From: Octopus vulgaris
Taxonomy: Eukaryota
Reading direction: 5' to 3'
DNA: 64,000 nucleotides
NCBI GenBank assembly: GCA_951406725.2
Contig: OX597816.1
Span: 54,312,001 to 54,376,000, forward strand
Shown here: positions 1 through 15,543 of the stretch, in pieces
Layout: every line of letters begins with the position of its first letter
How positions within the stretch are numbered: position 1 is the stretch's first letter
The notes under the pieces: generated by a model
Seen by the model: the letters and a program-made list of their open reading frames with translations, nothing else
What the model was told of the DNA's origin: nothing
Database searches by the model: none
Program-made: the position numbers and the translations under genes

Positions 1-1036
1 AACAATAACAAATCACCAAAGAGTTCAAGTGGTGTCTTCTCCGGTGACTCAAAGAGACAATACTCTCCTTAGAATGCGAGCTGTGTCCAACAATGCTGTC
101 TTCTGGATCACTTCGAGCCTGACATCTTCTCCAATATTCTTAATATGTTTTTCAAAGCCATTGGTAACTGCTCCTAATGCTCCAGTTACCACCGGTATCA
201 CCATTACTTTCTTTATGCCCCATAGCTTTCCTATCTCGTCCCACTACATGGCCTTGCTTTTTGCTTTTTGAGCCAAAAAATTAACTAACTAACTAACTAA
301 CTAACTATGGCTGGTATTTGTCACTCTTTTCTGTTTCCTTGCCTTAAATCCACGAGTCACCTGGTATTGCAGCATCTATTATCTTTGCTTCTTTTTCATC
401 TTTATGGATGGTCACAATATCTGGATGCCTCGCCTCTATGACTTGGTCGCACTGTATTTTGAAATCCCAGAGTATTTTGTAGTGTTCATTTTCCATTATT
501 CCCTCTGGCTTGTGTTCATACCACTGTTCGGCTCTCTCGAGGTTTGCTTTACCTCACAACAGCCACTGGACATATCTGGCCACATTGTCGTGTCTTTTTT
601 TATATTCACGTTGTGAGAGCTTACAGCACTCACTAACAATATGGTTTATACTTTCTCCATTCACAGAGAACATCCTACACTGTGGCGTGTCAGTGCTTTT
701 ATCAATGTAATATTTGGAGTAGTTTGTTCTGACAGCTTGTTCTTGAGCGCTGCACACTAATGCCTCAGTGGGCCCTTTTAAGTCTCCTCTCTGCGGCCTT
801 TGGCAGGTTCTATTCCAATCAGTCTCATGTCTATTCTTCAAGAACTGACTATAAATTTTCTTGTCCTGCCAATTCTTCTTCATCTGCTCTCGCTGGTCTT
901 TCTTAAATTGTGTTTCATCTACAGCTTCGTTTACTTTTAAGGTTCCCTGCATTTTCACTGTTTCAATCATTTCTTCTTTACTACTCATAATATACCAAGC
1001 CAGGCTATTCTCCCCTTCCCTTACACATATACCCAC

Positions 1037-1131
1037 GGGCATATGACGTAGTGGTTAAAAGCGCGGGCTACTAACCCCAAGATTCCGAGTTCGATTCCAA
1101 GCAATGACCAGAATAATAATAATAATGATGC

Positions 1132-1188
<57 letters not shown>

Positions 1189-1196
1189 TAATAATG

Positions 1197-1254
<58 letters not shown>

Positions 1255-1398
1255 CATCGAAAAATAGGAATGAGAAGCCAGGTTCGAAATTTCCCCAAGA
1301 CCCCTGATGAAGGCTGGAGGGTATATCACCGAAATGTCGTGTTAACGACAAACATGATGAGGACAAATGTCCATCAAATGTAAATAATGTAAATAACG
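1037..1398 (+). mobile_element. tRNA-headed SINE with internal (AAT)n and a hammerhead-like 3' module, inserted into the R4 LINE
   Basis: A-box-like TGACGTAGTGG (1044-1054), B-box GTTCGATTCC (1089-1098), (AAT)n at 1112-1250, a unique 3' part with CTGATGA...GAAA, and a (TGTAAATAA)2 tail. LINE sequence continues on both sides. Confidence 0.75.
1299..1343 (+). ncRNA. Minimal type-I hammerhead ribozyme motif, probably decayed
   Basis: GACCC-CUGAUGA-A-GGCUG(GAGGGUAUAU)CACC-GAAA-UG-UC|GUGUU. Stem I has 4 of 5 pairs and stem II has one bulge. Confidence 0.55.
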
Positions 1399-1469
1399 TA
1401 CACCAATCTCTGTCCTCCTTTCCTCTTTACATGCAGTTTTGACACATCACTCTTGGGGTGTAGTTCCTT

Positions 1470-1470
<1 letters not shown>

Positions 1471-1545
<75 letters not shown>

Positions 1546-1585
1546 CATTATTATTATCATCATTATTATTATTATTATTATTATT
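1471..1585. repeat. (TTA)n microsatellite
   Basis: Seen directly. It borders the 5' truncation of the R4 LINE. Confidence 0.95.
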
Positions 1586-2963
1586 GTTGTTGACACTGTT
1601 ATCATTATTTCTATGTCTGTAAGAAGCCGGGTTATACGTCTTAATTCTTTAGTTCAGGGCTTAAACTTGCAATTAGTTCCATGAGAATGTACGATCTAGA
1701 ATTTTTAAAGGGGAGATGGTCACCCTGCCTCCGTTGCCCTCTTTTCAGGGCCTCCAAAACTGCGATGAAGTGAACCTCAGACTGAGGCACCATTAATCTT
1801 CAGAGAGCCCCTTTCTTTCCGGTCCTCCTTCTCCCCTCTCCCTTCTCTTCCACATCTATCCCCTCTTCTATCTGTTCATACTTTATATACTCTAAATATT
1901 AGTTCCACGATATGATTACACGTATCATTTCGTCATTCTGTGCGTTCCAAACATATTCTGTTGTTCTCAGAATTAACAGATACATAGACGGTTCATTGTT
2001 TGCTTAAGTTGTCCCCTCTTCTATCTGTGCTCTCTCAACGTGATTTTATGATACTGAGGTCATTATCCATTCCTGACGCAATGAATGTTAGAAATCTTAT
2101 TAACTTTATTTAGTTAATTAGAACTATTTCTTATAATTTCCAGATATTTCTACTGTATTTCATATACGTCTGCCAATTATCCCATTCCAGCAAGCTCTGG
2201 TGGGCCTGTTTGTTCAATAACATTAAGTATTTGTTAGTTCACCTTTACTTATACTTGTATATCTTATTTTCGTTCAGCTCGATATTCATCGATTTCTTCT
2301 GGAAATTACAAGTTTTGTATTAATTTCTTGCAACTGGACGACATAAAAGAGAATCATTGAAAGCAACCAAATTGATGTATGTCAAATACAGGAGTCGATT
2401 CCTAGAGTTGTAGTTTTCCATAGTAATCGTGAAAAAGGTAGGGAAAATATTGAAAGTTTGCTGAAAGGAAATGGGGTTATAAAGGTGCCTTGAATCTACT
2501 CGAAGGAAAATATATATAACCTGTTTTCTTAGGGATACTTGACGAAACTAATGTTCGTCATACATTTAGATTTTTTTCTTCTGCTAGTTGATATATTTTG
2601 CGTGATTATTCTTGGTGTTGCTCTATTTATTGGTTTTTGCTTATCGATATCCAGAAATATGCCTCCTGTCAATATCTCTAAGTAATTAATTGGTGCCGTA
2701 CAGCTTGTTGCTACAAACAAATATTTACACCAATCTGCTGAATCTGCTGAATCCTGTGATTCTGTTGTGTGTGATTTTTAAAAAAAATCCTGGATGAATA
2801 GAGACAACAAACGCATTTCTCTTCGGTTTCCGAACTTCCACACTTCTGGCGAGTAACAGTCAGTCCCATATCGTATCATTTCACTTCACTAATCGAGCTT
2901 CTGCTATTCATTTCTCTGCTCTCAACCTATCGCTCTCTTTCTCTCTCTCTCTCTCCTTCAATA

Positions 2964-3050
<87 letters not shown>

Positions 3051-3320
3051 TACAGACACACACACACACACAAACAAACACATACACACAAACACCAATG
3101 ATAATTTTACAAACGCACGCGCACACAGGCATACATATTCACATACACTCACTCGCACGCATACGTGTGCACGTAAATATATATTATTGGTTGCTCGTTG
3201 ACAGATAATGGTGTTTCGATCCTACTTGATCATTCTCACGGATAAGTTGTAAATAATATCACTCGACTAACACACTTTACTTAGAAAATGCATCCATCGC
3301 TGATATGTACGTACATACAA

Positions 3321-3419
<99 letters not shown>

Positions 3420-3474
3420 TTATCACTCTCCATCTCTCTTTCCCACCTGTTTCTCTATCTTCATCCCGTTTCTC

Positions 3475-3537
<63 letters not shown>

Positions 3538-3538
<1 letters not shown>

Positions 3539-4008
3539 CCTTTCCAGCGTCATAAAACATGGTAAAGTGAAAATATTTGCTGATGACTCTAAGCTCCAGA
3601 AAATTTTCAGTGAAGGAGACAGAACTCAACTGCAGTCTGATCCATATGCGGTGAGTCAATGGGCCGACAAAAATAAAATGCAACTAAACGAAGGATAATT
3701 TGAGCTGATGCTCTTTGGAAGAAAGAGTATCCTGAAACAGCCATACTCCTTTCCTTCAGGGGAGCCACTCACAGCATCTAATAATACCAGAAACCTTGTA
3801 GTAATTGTTGATAAAATTTTTAGCTGGAGTGGCCACATCAACAATGTAGCTCGTAGGATGAGCTCCTGGATCCAAAGGGTACCCGGATCCAGAGAACAAG
3901 GTGTCATCATTCCTCTTTTCTCCTTTGTACGACTACACCTCGAATATTGCGGCTCCCTGTGGTCTCCCTATACAAAATAAAACATTTCGAAAATTGAATC
4001 ACCCAAGA
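3538..4008 (+). pseudogene. Degraded CR1/L2-type LINE reverse-transcriptase fragment
   Basis: [20 protein letters not shown]...[12 protein letters not shown] and VRLHLEYCGSLWSPY, with stops and frameshifts. Clearly homologous to the 4514-5566 ORF. Confidence 0.9.
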
Positions 4009-4009
4009 G

Positions 4010-5566
<1,557 letters not shown>

Positions 5567-5574
5567 TATATATG

Positions 5575-5688
<114 letters not shown>

Positions 5689-5718
5689 AATATATATGTA
5701 TATATGTATACATATGCA

Positions 5719-6104
5719 CTAGTTGCAATACCCGGCGTTGCCCGAGTTAATGTTTCAGAGAACAGTTACATCGCAAAGGTCTTTATTTAACTTATAGTAA
5801 ATCTTTTCGAAAAAATACTCAGCGAAAGTTTGGACTAAGAACACTTTGTATACCTTTTTCTTTTTCTTTTACGAATATATTTTTGTTGGATAACCAAATT
5901 CCAAGCATATGCAAGTTCAACACCTTAAATGTTTGTACACAAATTCTAATCTTTTGAATCTCTTTTCAGTTTCTGCTTAAACATAATCCTTACCCTAACT
6001 CGAAATTGAAATCCTAAGTGGTAACACGAAAGCCTATCGTCGAATGCTAGCCCTCAGCGGAGCGAGAAAGAGCGTGATATGAAAGGCGTGTGTGTTTGGA
6101 GAGA

Positions 6105-6141
<37 letters not shown>

Positions 6142-6500
6142 AGGAGAGAGAAAGAGAGAGGAAGAGAGACAGAGAAAGAGAGAGAGAAGGAGAGAGAGAA
6201 GGAGAGAGAAAGAGAGAGAGAGAGGAGAGTGAGGAACGAGAAAAAGAATGAGTTTGGTTTAATAATGTCATAAGTGTATGTGTGTTCATGTTAATAGAGG
6301 AAGCCGTTGATATAAATCATTTACTTTTCGTAAAGGTGACTGCGTGTGACACATACACACACACACATACACCGTTTTCATTTGCTATCATCTGTCTGCT
6401 ACGATTTACCTTTGTAGGGCGATTGAAAGCTCGCGTGTGTATCCATGAACACCAGCTGTATTAACGTTTTCATCCCACTTCCACTCTACACAATTCTGTT
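5719..6500 (-). mobile_element. Non-autonomous Helitron-like element (3' end defined, 5' limit approximate)
   Basis: The minus strand reads CTCGGGCAACGCCGGG-TATTGCAA-CTAG|T, a GC-rich hairpin just before a CTAG terminus. Confidence 0.6.
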
Positions 6501-6673
6501 CCCCCTTCCCTAGTATCTTCCTACAGTATCTTCCTATACCACCTCATTTCCTTCACACCAACACCCTTACACCCTTCTCTTTTTATCCCAAAATAACCCA
6601 CCCTACCATTACAATATTTATAAGTTATAGGATACGTATATATAATATAATATACATATTTACATCTATCTAT

Positions 6674-6735
<62 letters not shown>

Positions 6736-7496
6736 CGCAAGTGTGCACACGTACATATCTATATTTGTGTATGTATATGTTTGTCTGTGCAATTATATTC
6801 ACTCAATATTTCGCTTGAACATTTCCTCCTTTATATATTTCAGAATCTATTCTGTTTCTGTTTATTTTTAATTCTTCCCATACTATTTCAGTAAATATTT
6901 TTGTTGAAATTTAGAAATATATTTTCCAGTTTTTCTCTGTCTAATTTTAAACTTTATTCTGCTTCATTTCATTTGTCCATATGTTTCTTTAGAACATTTT
7001 GATATGTTTATAGCTTTTTCGTGCCATTTCAAAATATTTTTTTTCTCGTTCTTCATAGAAACTACCTTTAGTCTGTAAAACTTTCTGTTTCTTTGCAGAA
7101 GCATAGCATTGTTTGCTTTCCATTCTTTAAATCCTTTCTTTATATTCTTTTGTATTATTTCAAATTCCTTCGTCTCCATTCCTCTTTTTTTCTTTCAGTA
7201 TCTACGTTGCCACAGACTGAGAACAATAATATATTTCCCCTTTATCTTATTCAATTATCTTCCCCTGTCATATCCTTTAGTTTGCAAGAATAATATTCTA
7301 ATTTGTTGCACTTATTCACCACAACGAATTAAATAGAGCAATTACTTACTGATTAGGTTAATTAATCAAATTATTAACATTTAGGGAAAACATTTGCTTG
7401 AGAACATCAATTGCCAACATTTATCAATTTTATTTTGTTTCTGCGAGTCTTATATTGTTGCACATAAATTATTTTAAAACACAACTATGTTTTTAA

Positions 7497-7543
<47 letters not shown>

Positions 7544-9624
7544 GGGGAGTATGGGTGTATGTGTGTATATATATATGTACACACACACATATATGAGTGT
7601 ATGAGAGTGTGACGTGTATGTGTGCATATATATTTTGGGCATGTGTGTATGTATGAGTGTGTTTCATTGGCGGTGCCAGAATTTTATCCTAGGCTGGGCA
7701 GGCAAAGTTCGGCCAGAAAATTATCAAAGAGACAAGATCTTTACACAAATGATAATAATAATACGACTTCTTATCAAATAAATCAAAAGTTATTGGTCAA
7801 AGTTAAAAGATACAAAAGGACAACTGAAAAATGGCAACGTCTGTTAGAAGGTCGAGGAGCATAAACTACGCTACAGAAAGCTTCCGTGTCGGTGCTTTTG
7901 CTGCAAAACGAAGGACGGTGTCTTCAAGATCCCCGGATTCATAACATCGTTTATTTATGGCAATTATATCTAAATTGTTCAGTCTTAGGATTGCGCGGAT
8001 AATTCTTAATCCTCTTGGTAAAACTATATTTTTACATCCGGTCGTAATGTTACAGGTAATGTTACAGTTAGAACAGTTCATTTCCTTGCAGAGATCTAAA
8101 AACTCGGGCAGTGAATTCAAAATGGGAAACGAGAAACTTCTACTTGACGACACGTTTTGCGTTGTGATATTCTCTCTCCAGGTTGTCTTGGATCAGTCGA
8201 TAAGTCTTTGTTAAGAATCTGAGGCTATCAATGTTAACAAATGAGTCTCTATTCGGATTAAAATGTAAAGACCATCGTATTACCATTTTCTGTTGAAAAG
8301 ACGAGTCAGGGTTTTGGGCAAATCCGATGCAAAACGGGAACGAAAGTCTCATGGCGAAAATTGTTGAACAGATCTACGCACCTTGCCAGCCGACACTCAA
8401 CGACCTTACTGATTTCCGAGTCCTCTAAATTCTGTGGCAAGTCGCTTTGCTCATTTAGTTTTTCTGAAAGTAGCTGCTTCTGTTCTTTGATCTTACACCG
8501 CATACCTTCATCATGCAACCTGTTTGCTTAGATTTCACAATCGCAAGTGTATTTCGATGTCTGTTCACCTGTAGTATTCATATCCAGTGAAAAAGATTAA
8601 AGCATCTTTGCTGCAGACTTCTCTATGATACAGCTAACGCTACTTGATCAATAACAGAACATGTTCAAAGAACTCAGGCAGGAGAAAACAAACAATCGTA
8701 AACATAAAGTGACAAATTATCTTAATTTGTCTCTCCGATGACTTGGTTTCTTTACTGAAACGTGAGAGCGGCTCTAAAAAATATGGAAACAGATTCAATA
8801 CCACCTAGCATAGTGCATGCTGACAGATCCAACGTGAATTGGACAAGTTTTTCACGCTTCATAGGCTATTCCTGTATTTTGTCTTGTAGCTTGGTGAGGT
8901 ACTGACACACATTGGACCAAAAAATGAATAGAAAAAATTGGTGAAGACGGTGAGAAACTTAGTGTCTGCATGTCTTTCAGTGTCAACCAGCCCTGCGTTG
9001 AATTGATGGACATTGCAGTGGACATCGGCTTCAAATAGAACAATAACTTCTATTTAAATACTCGTGATTTTTCTGTTGATGACCACAGTACCATCTTAGA
9101 CCAGATAACACCTAACAGGATGTCAACATCAACGATATTTAGTATTGGCCATATACAGTGCAATTGGAACTCGGTGTTATGCCCAGAACCTGCATCGATA
9201 TGCGATAAATATTTCATCGACATAAAGGTCCATAATTTATCACCGAAAAAGTGAGAGTTGGTCCGTTTACGAAATGTTTTTTGTTCTATCTAGAAGAATT
9301 ATTAAGAATTATCGGCGCAAAAACCTGAATTAAATAATTGTTAACATGATAGAAAGAAATATGGTGACTCGGCAACCTGAGACCTTTTTATTATTCACTC
9401 CCTAACAATAGGATCGAACTCGGGCTCATTGTATCTAGTTCATTGTCTTACAACTGTTTACCACGGTCATATTTTCTTTCAGAAATGTATTATAATGGTG
9501 ATCTTCTCTCTAGAATCCATTAATACCTGTTAGGTACTGGAGATTATTCAGTCAAATGCTCGTGTCTACTAAGTTGTGGCTGTGTATCAGTGTGGAAAAA
9601 TCTAACCCCACCACGTCTAGTGAT

Positions 9625-9760
9625 GAAGAGTGCGATCAAGTGTGACGAAGTGTGACCAAGAGTGAGTAAGAGTGATCGAGTGTGGCCAAGTGTGACGAAG
9701 TATCAGAAGCATTAAGTGTAACCAAGTGCAGTGATGTGAATCGAAGTATCACGAAGTTCA
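9625..9760. repeat. Degenerate 10-bp-period minisatellite (AAGTGTGACC-like)
   Basis: Successive AAGTGTGACG, AAGTGTGACC, AAGAGTGAGT, GAGTGTGGCC units. Confidence 0.75.
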
Positions 9761-10796
9761 TATTAGATGGATGTCAAGGGATTCCAAGTCTGAGTCCAAC
9801 TTGCAATCTAAACAGAATCATGTTGTCTTCACAGTTGCATGACCATCCCGTCCGAAATTAGTAATTACTTTAAAGGAATGGCACCTTGTTTCTTTTTCCT
9901 CTCTCAAATGAAAACAAGAAACAAGTCTGTCTTCAATGCAAAATTTGAAGTCTGTTACAGATTCTCATCGATAGATCAATAACAGAAATCACAAGGACAA
10001 TCGATCAAAGAGACAATATCTTCGCTTTGATTCACTCGACTCCACTTTATTATCTGATTTATATCTTTTTCCTCTTCGCTTCCCTCGCCTCCTGACCATC
10101 ACGGTCACCACCACCACGACACCGAAGACGACGCCGACCATAACCACCACCACCACCACCACCACCACCACCACCACCACCATGATCATGATCATGATGA
10201 TCGTTATCATCCTTGTGTTTTTAACAGCTTCACAAATGTTTCTCCATCTTCGCCGCTACCAAGGTGCACAACCTGCCAATTCCTGAATTCAGTGCGCCAT
10301 TGTCGTCCGGGAATGTAGAATTGTGTTATTAAGAGCTCCGTCGGTTTTCTGGCGTTGTGATGTTTCTCGCATGTTTTTAATGTTTCGTCGGTTGTGATGA
10401 CGATTTAAACTGGGTGTTGCAATAGTTTGTTGGTTGCTGTTTGTGGTTCGCTGTGTTGTTGTGCGATTGGTGTTGTGTGTCTTATTGACTCTCCATTGAG
10501 GAAGAGTGTGAATATATCGTAACAGACAATGAGGTTGGAGAGTCACAGTTGGAATTATAAAATACGATGTACAAGAACAGTCGGAAAAACCTATAGATAT
10601 TCAAGAGATGAACCTTGAATAAATTTGCATTAATTAATAACCAGTCGAATGTAACTGGATGCAAATGCAATTGTTAGATGTCTGCGCAGCAGAAACGTGC
10701 ATCGGACAAATTTCAACCAAATATGCCGTATATTGACTATAGAAGTAAAAATGATGCAAATGTACTAATCTCCTTATTCACTGTAATTATATATAT

Positions 10797-10996
10797 AAGG
10801 TAGGAAGAGTTTACGAAAAAAACAAAAGACGAAGATAGGTGGTGTACAAAACAAACAGATGTATTAGTATAACGCTCAGGAATAGAAAACGTCTTTTACT
10901 TTTCGAGCCTACGCTCTTCTACAGAAAGGGGCACAGTAAAAACAAGGAGAGAAACAAGGAGAGAAGACAATTTGTGTAGTGGCTAACGATCTATGA
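10797..10996 (-). mobile_element. Short (TA)n-associated repeat (PLE-terminus-like) with HHR-like motif; copy 1
   Basis: Near-identical to 19188-19355. Minus strand 10893-10928 reads CUUU-CUGUAGA-A-GAGC(GUAG)GCUC-GAAA-AG-UA|AAAG. Confidence 0.65.
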
Positions 10997-12884
10997 TATA
11001 AAACCTGCAGCTAACTTAGTACTACTCAAGTTGATTTGTTTGATACTGGAATCTACTATTTTGACCTAGAGAGTGGCAAAGTGTTGTACAAACGTTTGTC
11101 ACTGAAATCCCATGAAGTGCAGATATTAGGATTGCTGCACATTCAGTTCAAAACACACTGTTTTCTTTGTCACCCTAACATCGTCTAAGTAGATGTTGGG
11201 GAAGTTGTCGGGTAGGATGGACAAAGAAATTAGGGGTGATTGTTTGGTAATTTAATGGAATTTACTATTTCTCTGCTCTGATTACTGGGCTGAGGTAATC
11301 AGCTTTAAGGCGGACTGTCATTGTCAACGCGGCTGCTTTTCTGCGCCTTGCATTATGCTCGTTTTTTTTTCCTGAACTATGGGTGTTATGTGTTCAGAGG
11401 TGTTTGTAGAAATTAATGACGTGCTATAACGAGAATATTTCTTTGGCTTTCTTTTGCCAGACTCAACTAAAAATAGGATTCTCTTGGTCTGGGAACGAAT
11501 GACGTCTGAAGTCCCTGTGATTGTGATTGTACTGTCAGATGTGATGGTCACGAGAGTTTCTTTTGTAACCTCTGAAGGTGCTGTTATTTCCTGACCTGGT
11601 TGAAGGAAACAAACCGGCATTGTTGTAGCGAAGAGTTATGTTAGTGAAGTAACACAAAATCTCGTGCGGTCAGGGGAGAAAAGAGAGAGAAAGAGAAAAA
11701 GATAGAAGGTGAGGGAGAGAAAGAGCAGGGTTGGCAAAGCTGATTACGTTAGGAAGCAATTATAAAGTCGAATCCTTCTTGTAATCATCATCTTTGGAGA
11801 AAAGTTATATAAATGTAAGTACAGTGGTATTGGTTAGTGATGTGTTTGTTAATTGTGCGTCAGGCCCTGGAAGGTGGATAAAGGAACAGCCACGTTGGAA
11901 GCAGAGTAGGGAATAGAGACAAATTACGGAACAGCACTTTATTCGTATGGAACGAGTGTGGGACATCCTACCCACACGACTTCAAAACAATACGTAATGT
12001 TGCTGAGATTAAATGGCAACGCGAAACTCGGAGTAAACAACAATAACTATCCCAAACAGAAACATACACGCTATATGTGTGTGTGTGAGTGTGCGTGTGT
12101 GTGTGTGAGTGTGCGTGTATGTTCGTGAGCGTGTACATGTGTATGTGCAAACGTGCGCGCGCGAGAAATGGTATATTATCTCAAGTCCTTATCTTCTGAT
12201 AATAATTCAACAGAGCAATACACAAGAGGATATTGTGTATGTGGCTATACATATATTTGATAAATCTAAAACTATTCAAAATTTCCTTTCCTCGTTTCTT
12301 CCTACATTTCATTGGCAGCCATATTCAGAAATAAATTCTATGTTGGCTTTCAAGTGATGGGAAGCATATTGTAGTGGAGAGCTTTATCGGTCCAGCATTT
12401 ATTGACATATCAAAGAAATATATACACAAAGACGTTAGGTCTGTTGTTTGACTAACTTATCTAGACCAACCGAAACCCAATCCCAGATCTATCAAACATC
12501 GATCCTTTGTAAATATCAATTGATGCTCTGACCATCAATTGCATCGATATTCGGAATAGAATCGCCATTCTTCCCGTTACCATCTCTTTCTAAACGTGAA
12601 ATCGGAAGCCAACTTACTTCCTGTAGCCATCCAAATTAATGTATTATTCTATTAGATAGCTTTGTAAAATTGTCACTTGTTAAACACGGGATATTTATCG
12701 TAGGTAATAATAATGTCTTTAAGTGAGTACACATTGTGATAAGCATTGTTTTCTGATTAAATATCATTGGGAAGTTTTGAGCAGAGGAATTGTAAGTATA
12801 TAACAACTAGTATACAACAGAACTCTGCAACAGGTCTCTCTTCATCGCTCTTCTTTCCTTCATTCATTCTCCCCACCCTCTCTG

Positions 12885-13034
<150 letters not shown>

Positions 13035-13385
13035 AATCTGTCTGTCTGTCTGCCTGTCTGCCTGCCTGTCTATCTACCTACGTTTATCCAGATTCTCCTT
13101 TAAGCATTTATTAACAAAATCTAGTGCCCCAATTATGAATATGAATTCATAGTCTGGATATAGAAGCTGGAGGTTTCAAAGCAGTTGTCCAAAGCTTTTT
13201 CTTTGGTTTTCAAAGAGACATTTATATCTGCAGGGCAGCTGGCCTCTATGATGGTACATATCTTGTATGTATGTATGTATGTATGTATGTATGTATGTAT
13301 GTATGTATGTATGTATGTATGTATGTATGTATGTTTATTTGTATGTATGTATGTATGTATGTATATCTGTATGTATGTATGAATA

Positions 13386-13476
<91 letters not shown>

Positions 13477-13703
13477 ATGTATGTATATATCTATGCATAC
13501 ACATACACACGTGTGTGTGTGTATGACTGTGTATCAATAATTAACTGCTACGATACAATTTAATCAATATTAAATATTAAAAATTAAACTATGATTTAAA
13601 CAACATGAAATATTTAATTTAATATTAAACGCAAACAACAGTTTGAGAGCGATTATTCTAAACAATCGATAATATTAATCTGTAGGGGATTTAGGGTGTT
13701 GTA

Positions 13704-13745
<42 letters not shown>

Positions 13746-13810
13746 CGTGCATGTTTACACGCGTGTATGTATGTATGCATGTGTATATGCATATATACAT
13801 ACATTCAATT

Positions 13811-14700
13811 ACTTCCCGGTTACTTTTGGGCGACCGGAAACGTTCCCTGTGACACAAGCACGTTGTAGTTCGGACCTCCGTCGCAAGAAGCCACTTAATG
13901 CAACCCTCAGGCACCGGTCTGCCGACCGGTGTTGTCGCGTGATGGCGTACTGTCACGTGATGCATATTTGCTTTGTAGTGCTTCTCCCTTATTCTTCCAC
14001 TTTTGCGATGGCTGAAACGAAGGGATAGCGTACTTTCGTGAAATTCTGTTTTTCTGCTTGGGAAAACGGCGGCTGAAACAGTTGTTATGCTTCAAACAGC
14101 TTACAAGGACGCTGCCATAAGCAAAACACAAGTTTACGAGTGGTTTTTACGCTTTAGGAGTGGTCACTTGTCGCTTGAAGACCAATCTCGTTCAGGACGA
14201 CCGTCGACCTCCCGAACGAATGAAGATATAAAAACTCATGAACGGATCTTGGAGGGTTGTCACTGAACTATTTGATATGACTGGTGTGTTAAGTAGCTCC
14301 TGCCAACGAATTTTGAGCGAAGAATTGCGAATGAAAAGAATTGCACCAAAATTTACGCTTCGCTTGCTCGCGGAAGGTCAAAAGCAGTCACGACTGAATG
14401 CGTATCGTGAACTGAAAGAACAGTTGGAAGTTGAGCTGGACCTTTTCTGGAAGGTCATCACTGGTGATGAAAGCTGGTTCTACGGAATTTAGAAATGTGG
14501 AAGAGGTGAAGAAGAAAACGACGGAGGCCTTAAAAGCATAATTTCGTAAGTGTTGCAGCACTGCTTCGAAAAGTGGAAAACGCTCCTGGACCGATGTGCT
14601 GCTTCAAATGGAGAATACTTTCAAGGCTATAAAAGTGTAAACATGGAAAACTAAGTAAATAAAATAATATTGCAAAATACCAGGTTCTTTTGGGTAGCAT
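13811..14700 (+). mobile_element. Internally deleted, degraded mariner transposon
   Basis: VKFCFLLGKTAAETVVMLQTAYKDAAISKTQVYEWF..FRSG..SLEDQSRSGRPSTS (HTH region) and KVITGDESWFYG (first catalytic D). The sequence then jumps to C-terminal FEKWK..LDRC..SNGEYF. Confidence 0.88.
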
Positions 14701-15198
14701 ACCAGTCTTATATTTTTCTCTTCTTTCAGTCATCAGACAGCGGCCATGCTGGTGCACCACTTTGAAGGATCTTAGTCGAACGACTCGACTCCCAGAAGTA
14801 ATTTTATCTGGAAGCCTGCTTATTCTCTCCGTCTCTCCTCATTTATGGACATACACAAACAAGCACAAACTTCTATTCTCAATCATTGCGCACATATATT
14901 CCTCCCCCGTCTCTTCAGCTTGTTGTTGTAGTTGTTGATCTTTTCCTCCTTCTCCTCTTCCTCCTCCTCCTCCTCCTCCTCCTCCTCCTCCTCCTCCTCC
15001 TCCTCCTTCTCCTATTCTTTTTCTTCTCATGATCGAGTTTATTATTACTTTTCTACTCTTAAACTCTTGGTTATCGTGTGATATATAAATATATATATAT
15101 ATATATATATGTATAAGGGTGGAAAGGAACACACGAGTTGATATATATGAAAAAACAAGTCAAAAATAGAAAATGCTAAGATAATTTTATAGTGAATC

Positions 15199-15242
15199 TT
15201 TCAGTACCGGTTTCGGTCATTTTGAGACCTTTTCAACTGTAA
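15199..15242 (-). ncRNA. Type-I hammerhead, U3-A8 core variant (left arm)
   Basis: Reverse complement of 15453-15496. Confidence 0.7.
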
Positions 15243-15452
15243 CGATTAAATAATTAAATTTAGAAAAATTAGAAGAAAAGTTTTTTTAAAAGAATATTCC
15301 TGTAGTAGTGTTCAGATATAAGTAGCATTCTGCCTTTCTCTGACTCCCTTGTTTGCACTGGCAGAATGCTACTTATATCTGAACACTACTACAGAAATAT
15401 TCTTTTAAAAAAAACTTTTCTTCTAATTTTTCTAAATTTAATTATTTAATCG

Positions 15453-15496
15453 TTACAGTTGAAAAGGTCTCAAAATGACCGAAACCGGTACTGAAA
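15453..15496 (+). ncRNA. Type-I hammerhead, U3-A8 core variant (right arm)
   Basis: CAG-UUGAAAA-GGUC(UCAAAAU)GACC-GAAA-CCGG-UA|CUG, with palindromic stem III ACCGGU. Confidence 0.7.
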
Positions 15497-15543
15497 GATT
15501 CACTATAAAATTATCTTAGCATTTTCTATTTTTGACTTGTTTT

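Larger units (their letters stand above)
49..1470 (-). mobile_element. 5'-truncated, degraded R4/Dong-type (restriction-like endonuclease) non-LTR retrotransposon, interrupted by a SINE
   Basis: Minus-strand frames give HPKSDVSKLHVKRKGG (~1410-1458), EALVCSAQEQAVRTN and the zinc-knuckle region CRMF..ESINHIVSEC..REYKKRHDNVARY (ORF 554-1042), and C-terminal QKTALLDTARILR (~68-106). The 5' break abuts (TTA)n. Confidence 0.85.

Noticed and set aside
1037-1109. Functional tRNA genes here and at ~37088 and ~38213
   Set aside because: Acceptor stems are incomplete and each continues into a repeated SINE body.
1860-2720. Possible very old LINE remnant (similar hints at 20.5-21.5 kb and 24.0-25.4 kb)
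   Set aside because: Only isolated short motif resemblances, and no family can be assigned by eye.
15326-15368. GGCAGAATG at the turn of both the 15-kb and 48.4-kb fold-backs
   Set aside because: Only 9 bp, in opposite orientation relative to the HHR strand, and absent from the other three fold-backs. Likely chance.
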